From Chiloscyllium plagiosum (lineage: Eukaryota), in contig NC_057755.1 in the NCBI RefSeq assembly GCF_004010195.1, positions 2,811,498 to 2,875,497 on the forward strand: DNA of 64,000 nt. Reading direction: 5' to 3'. The notes under the pieces were generated by a model. That model saw only the letters and a list, made by a program, of their open reading frames with translations, did no database searches and was not told the origin of the DNA. This document shows, one piece after another, positions 23,495-35,210 of this stretch (positions are counted from its first letter, which is position 1; the number at the start of each line of letters is the position of its first letter). Both the position numbers and the translations under genes were made by a program.

Positions 23495-26400
23495 TCCTGA
23501 GGACCAGAGAAAGAAATTCCACTCGAGTGCTGCAGGTTCGACGCAGCGGACGTGTGCTGGCAGGGGAGATACCACGGGTGTCGTGTTGTGAGTTGTTGGA
23601 GCTGCTGGAGATCATCGCTGGATCGTGATAGGACGTTGGAGGTTCGTTTGGTTGTGCTGACCTGTTCTTGGTGGATTTTTACGCTGGCTTTGGCCTAACG
23701 CCAATTCAGATACCAGCTGCTCGCAGCCCAGGCCAGGGCATTCGCAACACAGTCAGGGTGACTGCGAAGAATATGGAGGAGCGTACACCGGTCGATCTTG
23801 CTGGAGTGCTGCGGGTTCAAAGCAGTGGACGAGTACTGCCTGCAGGATTTCCCAGGGGCAGGCTATTTTGACGTGACCTTCAGGAGCTTGAAGAATTGCA
23901 AGCAACTCCAGAAGGACTTCAAGGATCCGGAAGGGGAACCGCTGTTCTCCATCTTGTCGGCGGTCCTGTTGTGTGTGCTTCCTGCGCAGTGGAGTTGGGT
24001 TGTTACAATCCATATGTTCAACCTTCACGTCCCAGCAGCGGATGTCCAGATCTTCCTGAGAAGATACGTCCAAGTCGAGGGAGAAAACACCGATGTGGTC
24101 GATTCTATTGGAATCGGACCGGCAAATGACAGGTCAGGATAGCCCTGAGGGTTAATGCCAGTGGGAACATCCTCCACCCGCCCTCCAGCTTTGCCATCGG
24201 AGGAAGCAGAGGTTACCTGACATACCCAGGGCAGCCAAAAGTGTGCCGAACCTGCGGGAGGTCAGGCCACATGGCGGCGGATTGTAAGGTAACCGTCTGT
24301 CGAAACTGCAAGGAGGAAGGCCACCCGATCAGAGTGTAAAGAGGACAAGAACTGTAATCTCTGCGGAGAGGTGGGCCACATGTACAAGGCCTGCCCAAGA
24401 CGAGGGGCCTCCACCTATGCACAGATGGTTGGAGGTGGCAACACGAGCTGTGGACCGCCTAACACTAGCAAGGTATCACAAAACAGCACGGGAACGGTGT
24501 CTGGGGGCACCCAGAAGGAAATGCAGTCTGGAGTGGAGCAGACAGCAGACGGCAGAGAGGTGCAGCAGCCAATCCAAGCTCCTTCATGACAGACGGAGGA
24601 AATTGAAGAGGACGGAACAAAGGAGGCAGAGGATTGCATTACTGTAAAAAGCAGGAAGAGGAACCCTTGCCAGGCCCCCAAACCCACCCAGCAAAGGGGG
24701 AAGCGACACCTACACGATGAGGATTGAGGCAGATCTTCCAATGGTAAGGTTGGTTGCAAGGAGGGTCGTCACCAGAGGAAGAGACAGAGCGCCGAGGTGA
24801 AAAAGGAGAGCGGCACCGCCCAAACAGGGAAACACGGTCCCTCTGAGGGGATGGGTAAAGACCACCCCACACCTGGTGAGAACCAAGAGGTACCCACCTG
24901 CCCACAGCTCCAGGTAAATGGGAGCAGCGGTCCTATGACAGCCCTGTGTCAGAAGGAGAATTGGACTGTGCGGACCCTGGGCCCGACCCGAAGACACCAG
25001 AGCGAGGAAATGGCCCCAGCGTGAAGCCGGACAGCTACCACAGCCCTGGGAGGGTCCAGCAGTTTACCATCACCACGGGGATGCACACAGCTACCCCAGA
25101 GAGGCAAGACCAGCAGCAAATGGACACTGGTAACCATGTAAACTGTTAAAGTGGGGATCAGAATTGCTAGCATCAATCTGCATAGCATCAATTCAGCTAC
25201 GCGATGTGTTTCCATGATGGCCTTCATGGCCAACGTTAAAGCCGATGTCCTGTTTCTGAAGGTGCGTGGGATATCGCACCTCAGCAGCTGCAGGAGATGG
25301 TCGAGCTTGTGGGCACATGGGCCATCAGATTGGTCGGGGGGCAACGATAGCCGCGCCTCCAGACTGGGTATCCTGTTGCGAGGAGGCAACTTCACCATCT
25401 CCGTGGTTAAGGAGGTGGTAGGCGCCGCATCCTCGTCACCGACGTCAAGTACAGGAATGCTTCCCTGAGACTGATTAATGTGTACGCCCCAGCAGGTAAG
25501 AGTGAATGGCTGGCCATCCTGCAGCAACTTCCACTCTTGCTGGCTACGTCCAGGCTGGTCATTCTAATCGGAGACTTCAACTGTATCATTGATGCAGATG
25601 GACGATCCAGCGGGGGAGGGGGGGGGCGGGGACAGTAAACAGGATGTCACGTCCAGAGCCCTGATGGACATGGTAAACAATGCCAAGCTGCACGACATCT
25701 TCAGCACCCCTGCAGATGAAGCGCTGCGTAGATACACCTGCCCACGGACAGACGGGTCTATCCGCTCAAGGACTGATTACCTGTTTGTGTCCCGAACGCT
25801 CTCGGTCAGATCCACCGACGTCAAGCCGGTGTTCTTCTCTGACCACTGCCTCCTGCTGGTCGACTGTCACCTACAGGACGAGCAGCGGGCTGGTAAGGGA
25901 ACGTGGAAGTTGAACACAAACCTGTTGAAGCCGGGAAACATTCAGGATCTCAACAGGGACGACGCAGGTTAGAGAACAGAGAAGCCCCTCTTTGAGTCCC
26001 CAGTGGACAGGTGGGAAACAGTAAAAGAGAACAACAAGAGGTTCTTCATCCTCAAAGGTGTTCAGGAGGCGAGAGAGAGGAGGGGAAAACTGTCCCAACT
26101 CCACGAAAGTATGTAGAAACCGCGACCGCTTCAGACGATGGGGATCGATGTCATGGAGAACCTCAGGAAGGTGAACGGCCAGCAAGCCTCGCTCTTTGCC
26201 TCGGAGGCCTCCAATATAATCTTCCAGTCCAGGGGCCTCTCGGTGGATCAGGACGAGACGTGCTCACGTTTCTTCTTCCAGAAGGTGCACAAAGAGAGCT
26301 CTGTGCTCAGCAGCCGGAAGGAAGAAGATGGCTCAATGACGTCTTCTCAGGCTGACGTGATGAGGATCAGCAAATCCTTCTATGCCAGTGTGTATGACGT

Positions 26401-29216
26401 GCAGCCAACCGACAGCGCGGCCTCCCAGTCGTTCCTGACCTCTATCACGGAGGTCTTAGACGACAGAACACGAGAGAGGCTGGAGCAGCCGCTATCTCTG
26501 GACGAACTGACCATGGCCCTCGTGTCCTTAGAAAAGAATAAAACTCCCAGAACCGACGGCTTACTGGTCGATCTCTATTCTGCTCTGTGGGACTTCATTG
26601 GCCAGGACCTGCTGGAGGTGTATGTCAGTATTCTTCGGGCAGCTACCATGAGTGAATACATGAGGAAAGGCATCATCATCCACATTTACAAGCGGAGGGG
26701 GAGAGGGAGGAACTCAAAATTTGGAGACCAATCTCACTGTTGAATGCGGATTACAAAATTCTGTCAAAGGTAATCGCCAACCGAGTCAGGTCTGCTCTGG
26801 GGTGGGTGATTCACCCAGACTAAAACTATGCTGTACCGGGCAGGAGGATCGCTGACAGTCTCGCACTCCTCAGGGATACGATCACCTACGTGCAGGACCA
26901 GGAGAAAGCCTTTGACAGGATATCACACAGGTATATGAGAGATGTTCTCTCCAAAATGGGTTTGGGGAGGGAATCTGCAATTGGATCAGACTGCTCTACA
27001 TCAACATTATCAGTACAGTCTCAATCAATAGGTGGGATTCAGATAGCTTCCCAGTCAGATCTGGAGTCAGGCAGGGCTGCCCTCTCTCTCCTGCCTTGTT
27101 TGTGTGCTGCATAGTGCCATTTGCCGAGTCCATCAGGAAGGATGCGAGCCTGAAAGGGGTTACTATTACTGGCAGCGGGGACCTGCAGGTCAAGGCATCC
27201 CTGTACATGGATGACATCGCTGTTTTCTGATCGGATCCGCTGTCTGTGCACAGACTCATCGGCATGTGTGACCAGTTCGAACGGGCCTCGGGGGCCAAGG
27301 TAAACTGAGGCCATGCTCATCGGGAACTGGGCCAACCAATCCTCGATCCCCTTCACCGTCAGGACCGACCACCTGATGGTGCTGGGTATTTGGTTTGGGG
27401 GGGCTGGGGCGCTTGCCAAATCTTGGGAGGGGCTTATCATCAAATTGAGGCAGAAACTGGGCAGATTGAAGCTACGGTCGCTGTCATTGCGGGAAAAAAA
27501 ACCTGGTCATCAGGTGTGAGGCACTGTCATTGCTGTGATACGTGGCACAGGTCTGGCCAATTCCCAGAACCTGTGCCGCAGCAGTCACCCGGGCCATCTT
27601 CTAATTTATATGGAGATCAAAGATGGACCGGGTCCGAAGAGACTCGATGTATAAAGATCTGGGCAACGGGGGAAAAATACACCCAATGCCACCCTCACCC
27701 TGATGGCCACCTTTGTGTGTGGCTGCATCAAGCTGTGCGTGGATCCCCGGTAAACAAACACCAAGTGTCACTACATACTGAGGTTCTACCTGTCCCCAGT
27801 GTTGCAAAGTATGGTCCTGGCCTCGCTGTTATGGAACGGTCCGAGTAGTTGGACTGTTCCCTGTCACCTGCCCTTCATGGAGAAGATTATGAGGAAAAAC
27901 ACCTTTGACCACAAATCCATGAATGTATGGTTATCCACTTTGGTGGCAAGAACAGGAAGGCAGATTACTACCTAAATGGAATCAATTTAGGTAAAGGGGC
28001 AGTACATATATCCTCTTTATTAATCTTAACATGTTCTAGAATCTCACTATCCTAATTGAAATCTATGGCTACGAACCAGAAGACACAGCTTAAAAATACA
28101 GGGTAGACCATTTAGGACAGAGATGAGGAGAAACCTCTTCACCCAGAGAGTGGTGGCTGTGTGGAATGCTCTGCCCCAGAGGGCAGTGGAGGCCCAGTCT
28201 CTGGATTCATTTAAGAAAGAGTTGGCTAGAGCTCGCAAGGATAGTGGAATAAAGGGTTATGGAGATAAGGCAGGAACAGGATACTGATTAAGGATGATCA
28301 GCCATGATCATATTGAATGGTGGTGCATGCTCGAAGAGCAGAATGGCCTACTCCTGCACCTATTGTCTATCTATTGTCTGTTGAAGTGGTCAGCACGTCG
28401 TTTCCTTGAGACCTATCACGAAAAGGAGAGGGCGGATCCTATCGAGCAGTTCCCTGAGCAGACTGTCAAAGTCATTTGGCAGAATGCCTCATCAGCAGAA
28501 CTTTCCAACAAGCACCAAGATCTGGCTTGGCTGGTGGTGAGAAGGGCTCTGCCTGTCAGATACTTTATGCACGCCCGGACTCTCAGCCACACTGCACGCT
28601 GCCATCGAAGCGGCTGCGGGGGGCGGGGAAGAGGTGGACAAGACTGTCACACACCTCCTTCTGGAATGTGCCTATGCAGAAGAAGTCTGGAGATGAATGC
28701 AGTGGTGTTTATCGAGGTTCATCCCGAGCAGCGCCGTGATGCGGGACTCAGTGGTCTATGGTCTATTCCCCGGGCGGGACACTGAGGTGAACATCAACTG
28801 TGCCTGAAGGATCGTCAACTCGGTAAAGGACGCTCTCTGGGTGGTCTGAAACCTGTTGATTCTCCAGCTGAAGGAGTTGACCCCGACTGAGTGTTGCAGG
28901 CTGGCACATTCCAAGGTCCAGGACTACGTGTTGAGGGATGCGCTGAAGCTTGGGGCAGCTGCCGCCAAGGCGCGGTGGGAAAAGAATCACAGTGTAACAT
29001 TTGCCTGTCTAAGAAGACGAGGGAGCCCACCCAGGGGTCTCCACTGAAGCCTCAGCAGAAGAGCTGCATAGTAAATGTACAGACTTGTATGTATGAAAAA
29101 TAAATTTCGATGTCTGTATGTAAAGCAATGTAATGTGTGCACAAGAACGGCATGACCAATTGTTTCGAGATCCAAATAATTTTATGAATAAAGTATATTC
29201 TTGAAATTAAAAGAAA
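23495..29216 (+). mobile_element. Tx1-clade LINE copy B (Keno-like), essentially full length but decayed
   Basis: ORF1 has three CCHC knuckles (CRTCGRSGH, CRNCKEEGH, CNLCGEVGH). ORF2 starts at 25151 with APE (IASINLH, GDFN, FFSDHC), then RT (DQEKAFDRISH, VRQGCPLSP, LYMDD), a C-terminal zinc finger and an AATAAA tail. Many stops and frameshifts. Confidence 0.93.
27921..28382 (+). mobile_element. CR1 3' fragment nested in Tx1 copy B
   Basis: It interrupts Tx1 sequence AAATCCAT|...|GAAGTGGTCAGCACG and contains a CR1 C-terminal segment and a 3' tail ending CTATTGTCTAT. Confidence 0.88.
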
Positions 29217-29219
29217 GAT

Positions 29220-30760
29220 GTGTACTGCCTGCAGGATATCCGTGGGGCAGGCTACTTCGACATCACCTTCAGGAGCATGAAGCAGTGCGAGCAGCTCCTG
29301 AAGGTCTTCAAGGATAAGAAAGGGGAGCCTCTGTTCTCAATCCTGTCAGCGGTCCTGTTGTGTGTGCTTCCTGCACTGAGGAGTCGGATTGTTGCAATCC
29401 ATATGTCCAACCCCTATGTTCCAGCAGCTGATGTCCTGACCTTCCTGCGAATGTATGTCCAAATTGAGGGAGAACGCACCGATCTTGACCAGCAAGCGGC
29501 AGGTCAGGGTAACTCTGAGGGTCAATTCCAGTGGGAACATCCTCCACCAACCCTCCAGCTTCGCAATTGGAGGGAGCAGAGACTACCTGACATATACAGG
29601 GGAGCCGAAAGTGTGCCGAACCTGCGGGAGGTCAGGCCACATGGCGGCAGAGTGCAAGGTGAACATCTGCAGGAACTGCAAGCTGGAGGGTCACCTGACC
29701 AAGGACTTTCAGGAAGCAAAGAGCTGCAACCTGTGCGGAGAGGCGGCCCACATGTGCTCGACCTGTCCCAGACGGGGGGAACGGCATTTACACACAGATG
29801 GCTGGAGATGGCAATGTGAGCTGTGGGCCCACAAAGACCAGCAAGGTCCACCCAGAGAGCAGGGAAACGGATTCTGGTGGCAACCAGAAAGAAAAACAGG
29901 CTGGAGTGGAGGAGATGGCTGCCAGCGGTGAGAAACAGCAGCTGATCCTAGCTCTAGCTGGACAGATGGAAGCAATGGAAGAGGAAGTAATCGAGAAGGC
30001 AGAGGAGGGGATACCTGTTGAAAACCGGAAAATAAAATCCTGCCAGGACCCCAAATCCTCCCAGCAAAGGGGGAAAACGACAGCTGCACGAGGGAGGTAC
30101 AGTCAGCTCTTCAGATGGTGAAGACGGGCGCAAGGAGGGTCATCACCAGAAGAGACAGAGCGCCGTAGGTGAACAGGAGGGCATTTCCTCTCAACCAGGA
30201 AACAACGGATCCCCCCGAAGTCCACCCTCGACCCAGTGAGAAGCAGGAGTACCCATTGTCCCCCAGCTACAGCTAACTGAGAGCCGTGATCCTGTGACAG
30301 TCCCACTGTCAGAGACAGAACTGGAGGGTGCGGATCCTTGCATTGGCTCAATGACACCAGAGCGGGTAAATGACCCCAGTGAGGAGCTGGACAGCTACCT
30401 TAGCCCTGCGAGTTTCCAGCAGTTCGCACTCATCATGGGGATGCAGACCACCCCAGAGACAAAACAGTCAAATGGACAATGGTAACCCCATAAACTGGGG
30501 GTTAAAGAACGTTCCTATGCTATCGTATAACAGGGGGCCAACTCAGTAGTTGGGTTCCGCTGAAGCCTCAGCTAAATACTAAGAGACTGGATGGTTAATC
30601 AACAGAACTGTAATTACGATAACTAAATTCGATTAACTCATCTGTTCTCTGTAATGCTAAGTCATGCAATGTATATATATGAACGGCATGACCAATTGTA
30701 AAGGTCCCAGAGATTTATGTCTATGTATAAATTATATTTTGAAACAATTTTTTAAAAAAT
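29220..30760 (+). mobile_element. Tx1 copy C: 5'-truncated ORF1 joined directly to 3' UTR, no ORF2
   Basis: YCLQDIRGAGYFDITF and three CCHC knuckles match the ORF1 of copy B. Just after the ORF1 end (~30495) comes AACAGGGGGCC...CCGCTGAAGCCTCAGCTAAA, matching the 3' UTR of copy A, then a TATATTTTGAAA tail. Confidence 0.85.
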
Positions 30761-30929
30761 TCTGCGTTGTTTGATTTCTTTCTTAGTCACTTGGTCTCGT
30801 TGGCTCCACTCATTCGTCGGGTTAGAGATACTGTCTGATGTGACCTCCTCCCAAGTACGTCTGCACAATTAGACTAATATCAAAGTTATTTTTTACTGGT
30901 AGGATGAAAGAATTAAACTCTCACTCCAG

Positions 30930-31220
30930 TCCAATCGAAAACCCACCGTCAGCTCCCGCATTAAATAGCGCGCATGCACAGGTTCAAGCTGCAAACCGGC
31001 ACGCCTCCCCGCGAGCTCGTACACAGTCAGTTAACGCCGCGCCTCTCTGCGAGCTCGCGGGCAGTCGGAGAAGGCCGCGCCTCCCTGCGAGCTCGCGCGC
31101 AGTCGGTTAATGCCGCGCCCCAAGAATCCCTTCGCCTTCAGGGCGGGTCTTAGCTCCCTCTTCCCGTTCTGATTGGCCAACAAATCTGTCAATATCTCGT
31201 GAGCCGACCAACAGTAAGTT
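30930..31220. promoter_or_regulatory. Small CpG island with promoter-type motifs and three 38-bp repeats
   Basis: Dense CpG in an otherwise CpG-depleted window. CCAAT at 30931, NRF1-like GCGCATGCAC at ~30970, GGGCGGG at 31141, ATTGG at ~31172, and GCGAGCTCG at 31011, 31049 and 31087. Confidence 0.6.
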
Positions 31221-31834
31221 AGTAACTTTGTTCAGCAAGTTCTGCCGGTCTGGACGAGTTGGGCCGAAGCTCAATCCTGAGGAAAGGCCACTGCACCTGA
31301 AACGTTAACTCTGATTACTCTCCACAGGGGCTGTCAGGCTTGCTGAAATTTTGCAGCAATTTCTATTATTGTTTTTTTGGGGGCCGAAGGGTCTGTTTGC
31401 GTGTTATGTTAATTATTTTTGGCATTTTGACCTCAATCGCTGGAGAAACTCGGCGGGTTTGGGAGCATCTGTGGAGATAAAGCAAAGGTAACGTTTCAGT
31501 CCACTGATAGTAACTAGGCAAAAACTACCAACTTTGTTTTATTTTATGCTTATTATGAAGACAAACAAAAATCTTACTGTCCTGAAAAATCTCTAGACAT
31601 TTTACTTTGACTATTTCAAGCAAGTGATCTCACAGTTGGTCGCAACTTGTGTTTAAGAACTGGGACTGTGATCTTCCAAGGTGAAAGACAGGTTTATCTT
31701 CAGTAATGGAGTAGCGGGGGTACGGGCTAAAGGCAGGAAAGTTGGATTGTGAATGATCACACCAGTCATGATCTGATTGAATGCTGGAGCAGATTTGGTG
31801 ACTCAATCACTTACCTCTGCTGATTTAGAGATGA

Positions 31835-32020
31835 TGGTGTTGGACTGGGGTATACAAAGTTAAAAGTCACACAACACTACTTTATAGTCCAACAGGATTA
31901 ATTGGAGGTACACTAGCTTTCGGACGCCACAACCACATGATGAAGGAGCGCCGCTCCGAAAGCTAGTGCTTCCAATTAAACCTGTTGGACTGTAACCTGG
32001 TGTTATGTGATTTTTAACTT
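31835..32020. mobile_element. Short palindromic (MITE-like, probably PLE-derived) element nested in a CR1 tail
   Basis: Arms AAGTTAAAAGTCACACAACAC...CACTAGCTTTCGGA and TCCGAAAGCTAGTG...GTGATTTTTAACTT are inverted repeats, with a hammerhead-like core at 31934-31968. Confidence 0.8.
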
Positions 32021-32154
32021 ATTTCTGCTGCTACATCTTGTGGTGTTTATGGTCTTCTTGTGATCCACTGTTCCACTGGAGAAAATCTTCCAGACTTGGT
32101 CCATCCATCTGACAGTTCACTTTATTTGCCTGAGCTATTCCTTTTTAAGAGTAA

Positions 32155-33905
32155 AAAAAAACTGCAGATGCTGGAATCCATGGCAGACGGGCAGGAGGTT
32201 GGAAGGACACAGCAAGCCGGGCAGCATCAGGAGGTGGAAAAGGCAGCGTTTCAGGTATAACCCTTCTTCAGTGCTGGGGAAGGGTGTTGGGGAAAAGGGA
32301 GCTGCAGGTAAAGGGTGGGTGGATGGGGGAGGGTTGTGGGTGGGGAGACGGGCGGAGTGGGGTGGTAGTGATGGGTTACCACAGATGGGGAGTACGGCCC
32401 TGTTGGTCGATGGGAGGAATGAATCCAGTTGGTAGCTGGAAGGTAGGCTCGGTCAGAGATATGGAAAGGAGGAGGAGAGTGCTGGAAAGGGAGTTGGGAA
32501 ATGGGAATGGAGGTTATTTGAAATTGGAGAATTCAATGCTAAGTCCTCCGGGCTGTTGGATGCCCAGGCGGAAGACGAGGTGTTGTTCCTCCAATGTGCA
32601 GTCTGATTCGCTGTGGCAACGGAGGAGGCCGAAGATGGTCAAGTCGGAGATGAAATTGGAAGACGAATTGTACTGGGCAGTCGGTGGGAGGTCAAGTTTG
32701 CCCTTGCTGGCCCGACTGAGAGGCTCAGTGAAACGTGCCCTTAGTTTACATTTAGTCTCACTGATAAAGAGAAGACCATATCGGGAGCACTTGACACAGT
32801 AAGCTAGTTTGGAAGGGAGGCAGATGAACCTCTGTCTCACCTGGAAGGACTATTCGGGGCCCTGGATGGAGGTGTGGAGGCGTAATATGCCAAACAGTTT
32901 GCACGTTTTACGGTTGCAGGGGAAGGTACCAGGGGTTCATGAAAATTCTTCACTCCACTACTCTAAACACTCCCCCCCAAAATGCAACAAAGACAGGATC
33001 CCCCTTGTCCTCACCTTCCACCCACCAGTCTCTGTATCCAATACATCATCCTTAAACACTTGCACCAACTCCAACTGGACCCCACCATCAAGAATACCTT
33101 CCACTCCACACCTCTGTCTCCTTCCACATGGACCATTCCCTTCGACAGTCATTGGTTCCCGCCACTCCCCCCACCAGCCCTCCAAACCCCTGATACCTTC
33201 ACCTGCAACATTAAAAGACACAAAGACTGCCGGAACTCCATCCGTCTCATCTCCATCAAGGGCTCTGAACAGTCTTTCCAGGTCAGGCAGAGGTTCGCCA
33301 AACTCTCCTCCAAGCTAGTTTACTGTATCCAATGCTCCTGATCTGGTCTTCTCTGCATTGGCGAGACCAAACATAAACTAAGGGCATGTTTCACTGAGCA
33401 TCTCAGCCAGGCCCGCAAGGGCTAACCTGACCTCCCAGTCACCACTCATTACAATTTCCCCTTCCCATTCCCTCTTTGATATGACCCTCCTCTTTTGCCA
33501 CAGTTAATCTGACCACACGTTGAAGAAACAACATCTTATCTTCCACCTGGGCAGCCTACAGCCTGGAGAACTCAACATTGAGTTCTCCCATTTCAAATAA
33601 CCTCCTTTCCCATTCCATGACTTCCTTTCCAGCCACTCCTCCTGGCTTCCCTTCTTCTGACTAACCATTCCTTTCAGCAACCAATCTGAAAGATTCTCCC
33701 ATCGACCAACCAAGCCATATCCTCTACCTGTATTCACCACTCACCACTCTGCCCATCTACCCAACCACAATCCTCGCGCACCTTTATTTGCAACTCCCCT
33801 TATCCACACCCCCAGTTCTGCTGAAGAGTTATGCCCGAAACGTGGACTTCTCCACTTCCTGATGTTGCTTGTCTTGCTGTGTTCTCCTCGCCTCCTGCTT
33901 GTCTA
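32155..33905. mobile_element. Penelope-like element: two GIY-YIG-containing 3' segments in inverted, tail-outward orientation
   Basis: Minus ORF 32514-32840 reads KLAYCVKCSRYGLLFISETKCKLRARFTE and the plus copy at ~33280-33420 reads KLVYCIQCS*SGLLCIGETKHKLRACFTEH. The inversion point is at ~32937. Confidence 0.88.
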
Positions 33906-33919
33906 CCCAAGCTATTTCT

Positions 33920-34072
33920 CAGTGTAACTGGTTGTGGTTTAATCAGAGGGTCACCATGCCTCAGGTGAGGGGAAGAGTTTGAGAGCCCTGCATAGTGTCC
34001 ACAGCTGGCATGGGAATCGAACTCATGCTTTTGTCATCACTTTGCACTTAGCCAGCTGAGCTAACTGAGCTC
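33920..34072 (-). mobile_element. tRNA-derived SINE fragment
   Basis: The minus strand has an A box (TAGCTCAGCTGG) and a B box (GAGTTCGATTCC). Confidence 0.7.
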
Positions 34073-34867
34073 AATCCAAGGGGCATATCCTGTATAACCC
34101 AATCATAGCCAACTTGCACCTCTGTAGAAGTCAGGAGTAAATTTATTTAGACCTCTCAAGCCAGAGGGAGAGCACTGGAATCTGATGAAGGAAACAAGCC
34201 CCTCCCATGTGTCCTTCCCAAATGGACCTGGAAAAGACAGTACATTTGGCCTGCCTTTTGCTTCCCCGTGACTGGACTGCTCCATTTCGTGGTGAGAGAT
34301 TAAGAGGACCCTCGAGGAGATTTTACTTCTCACTCAGAGTCTGGAATTCAAATTCTGAAAGGCGGGTTCCCTCAGAAACTCTCGGAAGAGTGGAGCACTC
34401 CAGATCAGTCCCTTGTGTAGTCCTCGTCTCCAGTGTTTGGGCCAAGAGGTGGATGTAGCATTAAGAACATAAGACCATCCGAAATAGGAACAAAAGTAGG
34501 CAATTCAATATATCATGACTGATTCAGCATTTTATTTGCGAGCGGAAACTCTGACAATACAGAGACAGAGACATTCAAATCATTCTACCGTGAGGAATTT
34601 TCAGAGCAGAACTGGAATCAGAGATAATAATCAAAAACAGTCCTGTCTCCTTGTTCGTTCGGAAAAGAATTCTCGAGTTCAGGCTGTTTGGTGGGCTGGG
34701 GGGACAAAGCGGCAAAAAGATGGAGAGTGGCTGCTGCACAGTCTGATCTCGCAGACTTCATTGACTCCCATGTCTACGTCCATGTTCCCAGCTGTCACTC
34801 CCACAGCTTGTCTTTAAACCCCACCTCTCACCATCCTTCATATCTCTGCCTTCTTCATATTCTCCTG

Positions 34868-35210
34868 CAGCAGAGGTTATGGCCTAGTGGTAATATTGTT
34901 AACCCAGAAACCAAATGATGTTCCGCGGATCTGGGTTTCAATCCTGCCATGGCAGATAGTGGAATTTGTATTCAATAAAGATCTGAAATTAAGAGTCTAA
35001 TGATGACCAAGAATTGATTGGTGGAAAAACCCATCTGGATCGCTAATGTCCTTTGGAGAAGGAAGCTGCCGTCCTTACCTGACCTGGCCTGCATGTGACT
35101 CCAGACCCACAGCAATATGTTTGACTATTAACTGCCCTATGGGCAATTAGCAATGGGCAATAAATGCTGCCTAACCAGCGACACTCTTTTCCAGTGAGTA
35201 AATAAAAAAA
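34868..35210 (+). mobile_element. tRNA-derived SINE with LINE-derived 3' tail
   Basis: A box TGGCCTAGTGG, B box GGTTTCAATCC and 3' GGGCAATAAATGCTG...AATAAAAAAA. Confidence 0.82.

Noticed and set aside
23668..24420. ZCCHC3-like host gene (also 29220-29931)
   Set aside because: This is the frameshifted ORF1 of Tx1 elements, embedded in full element structure.
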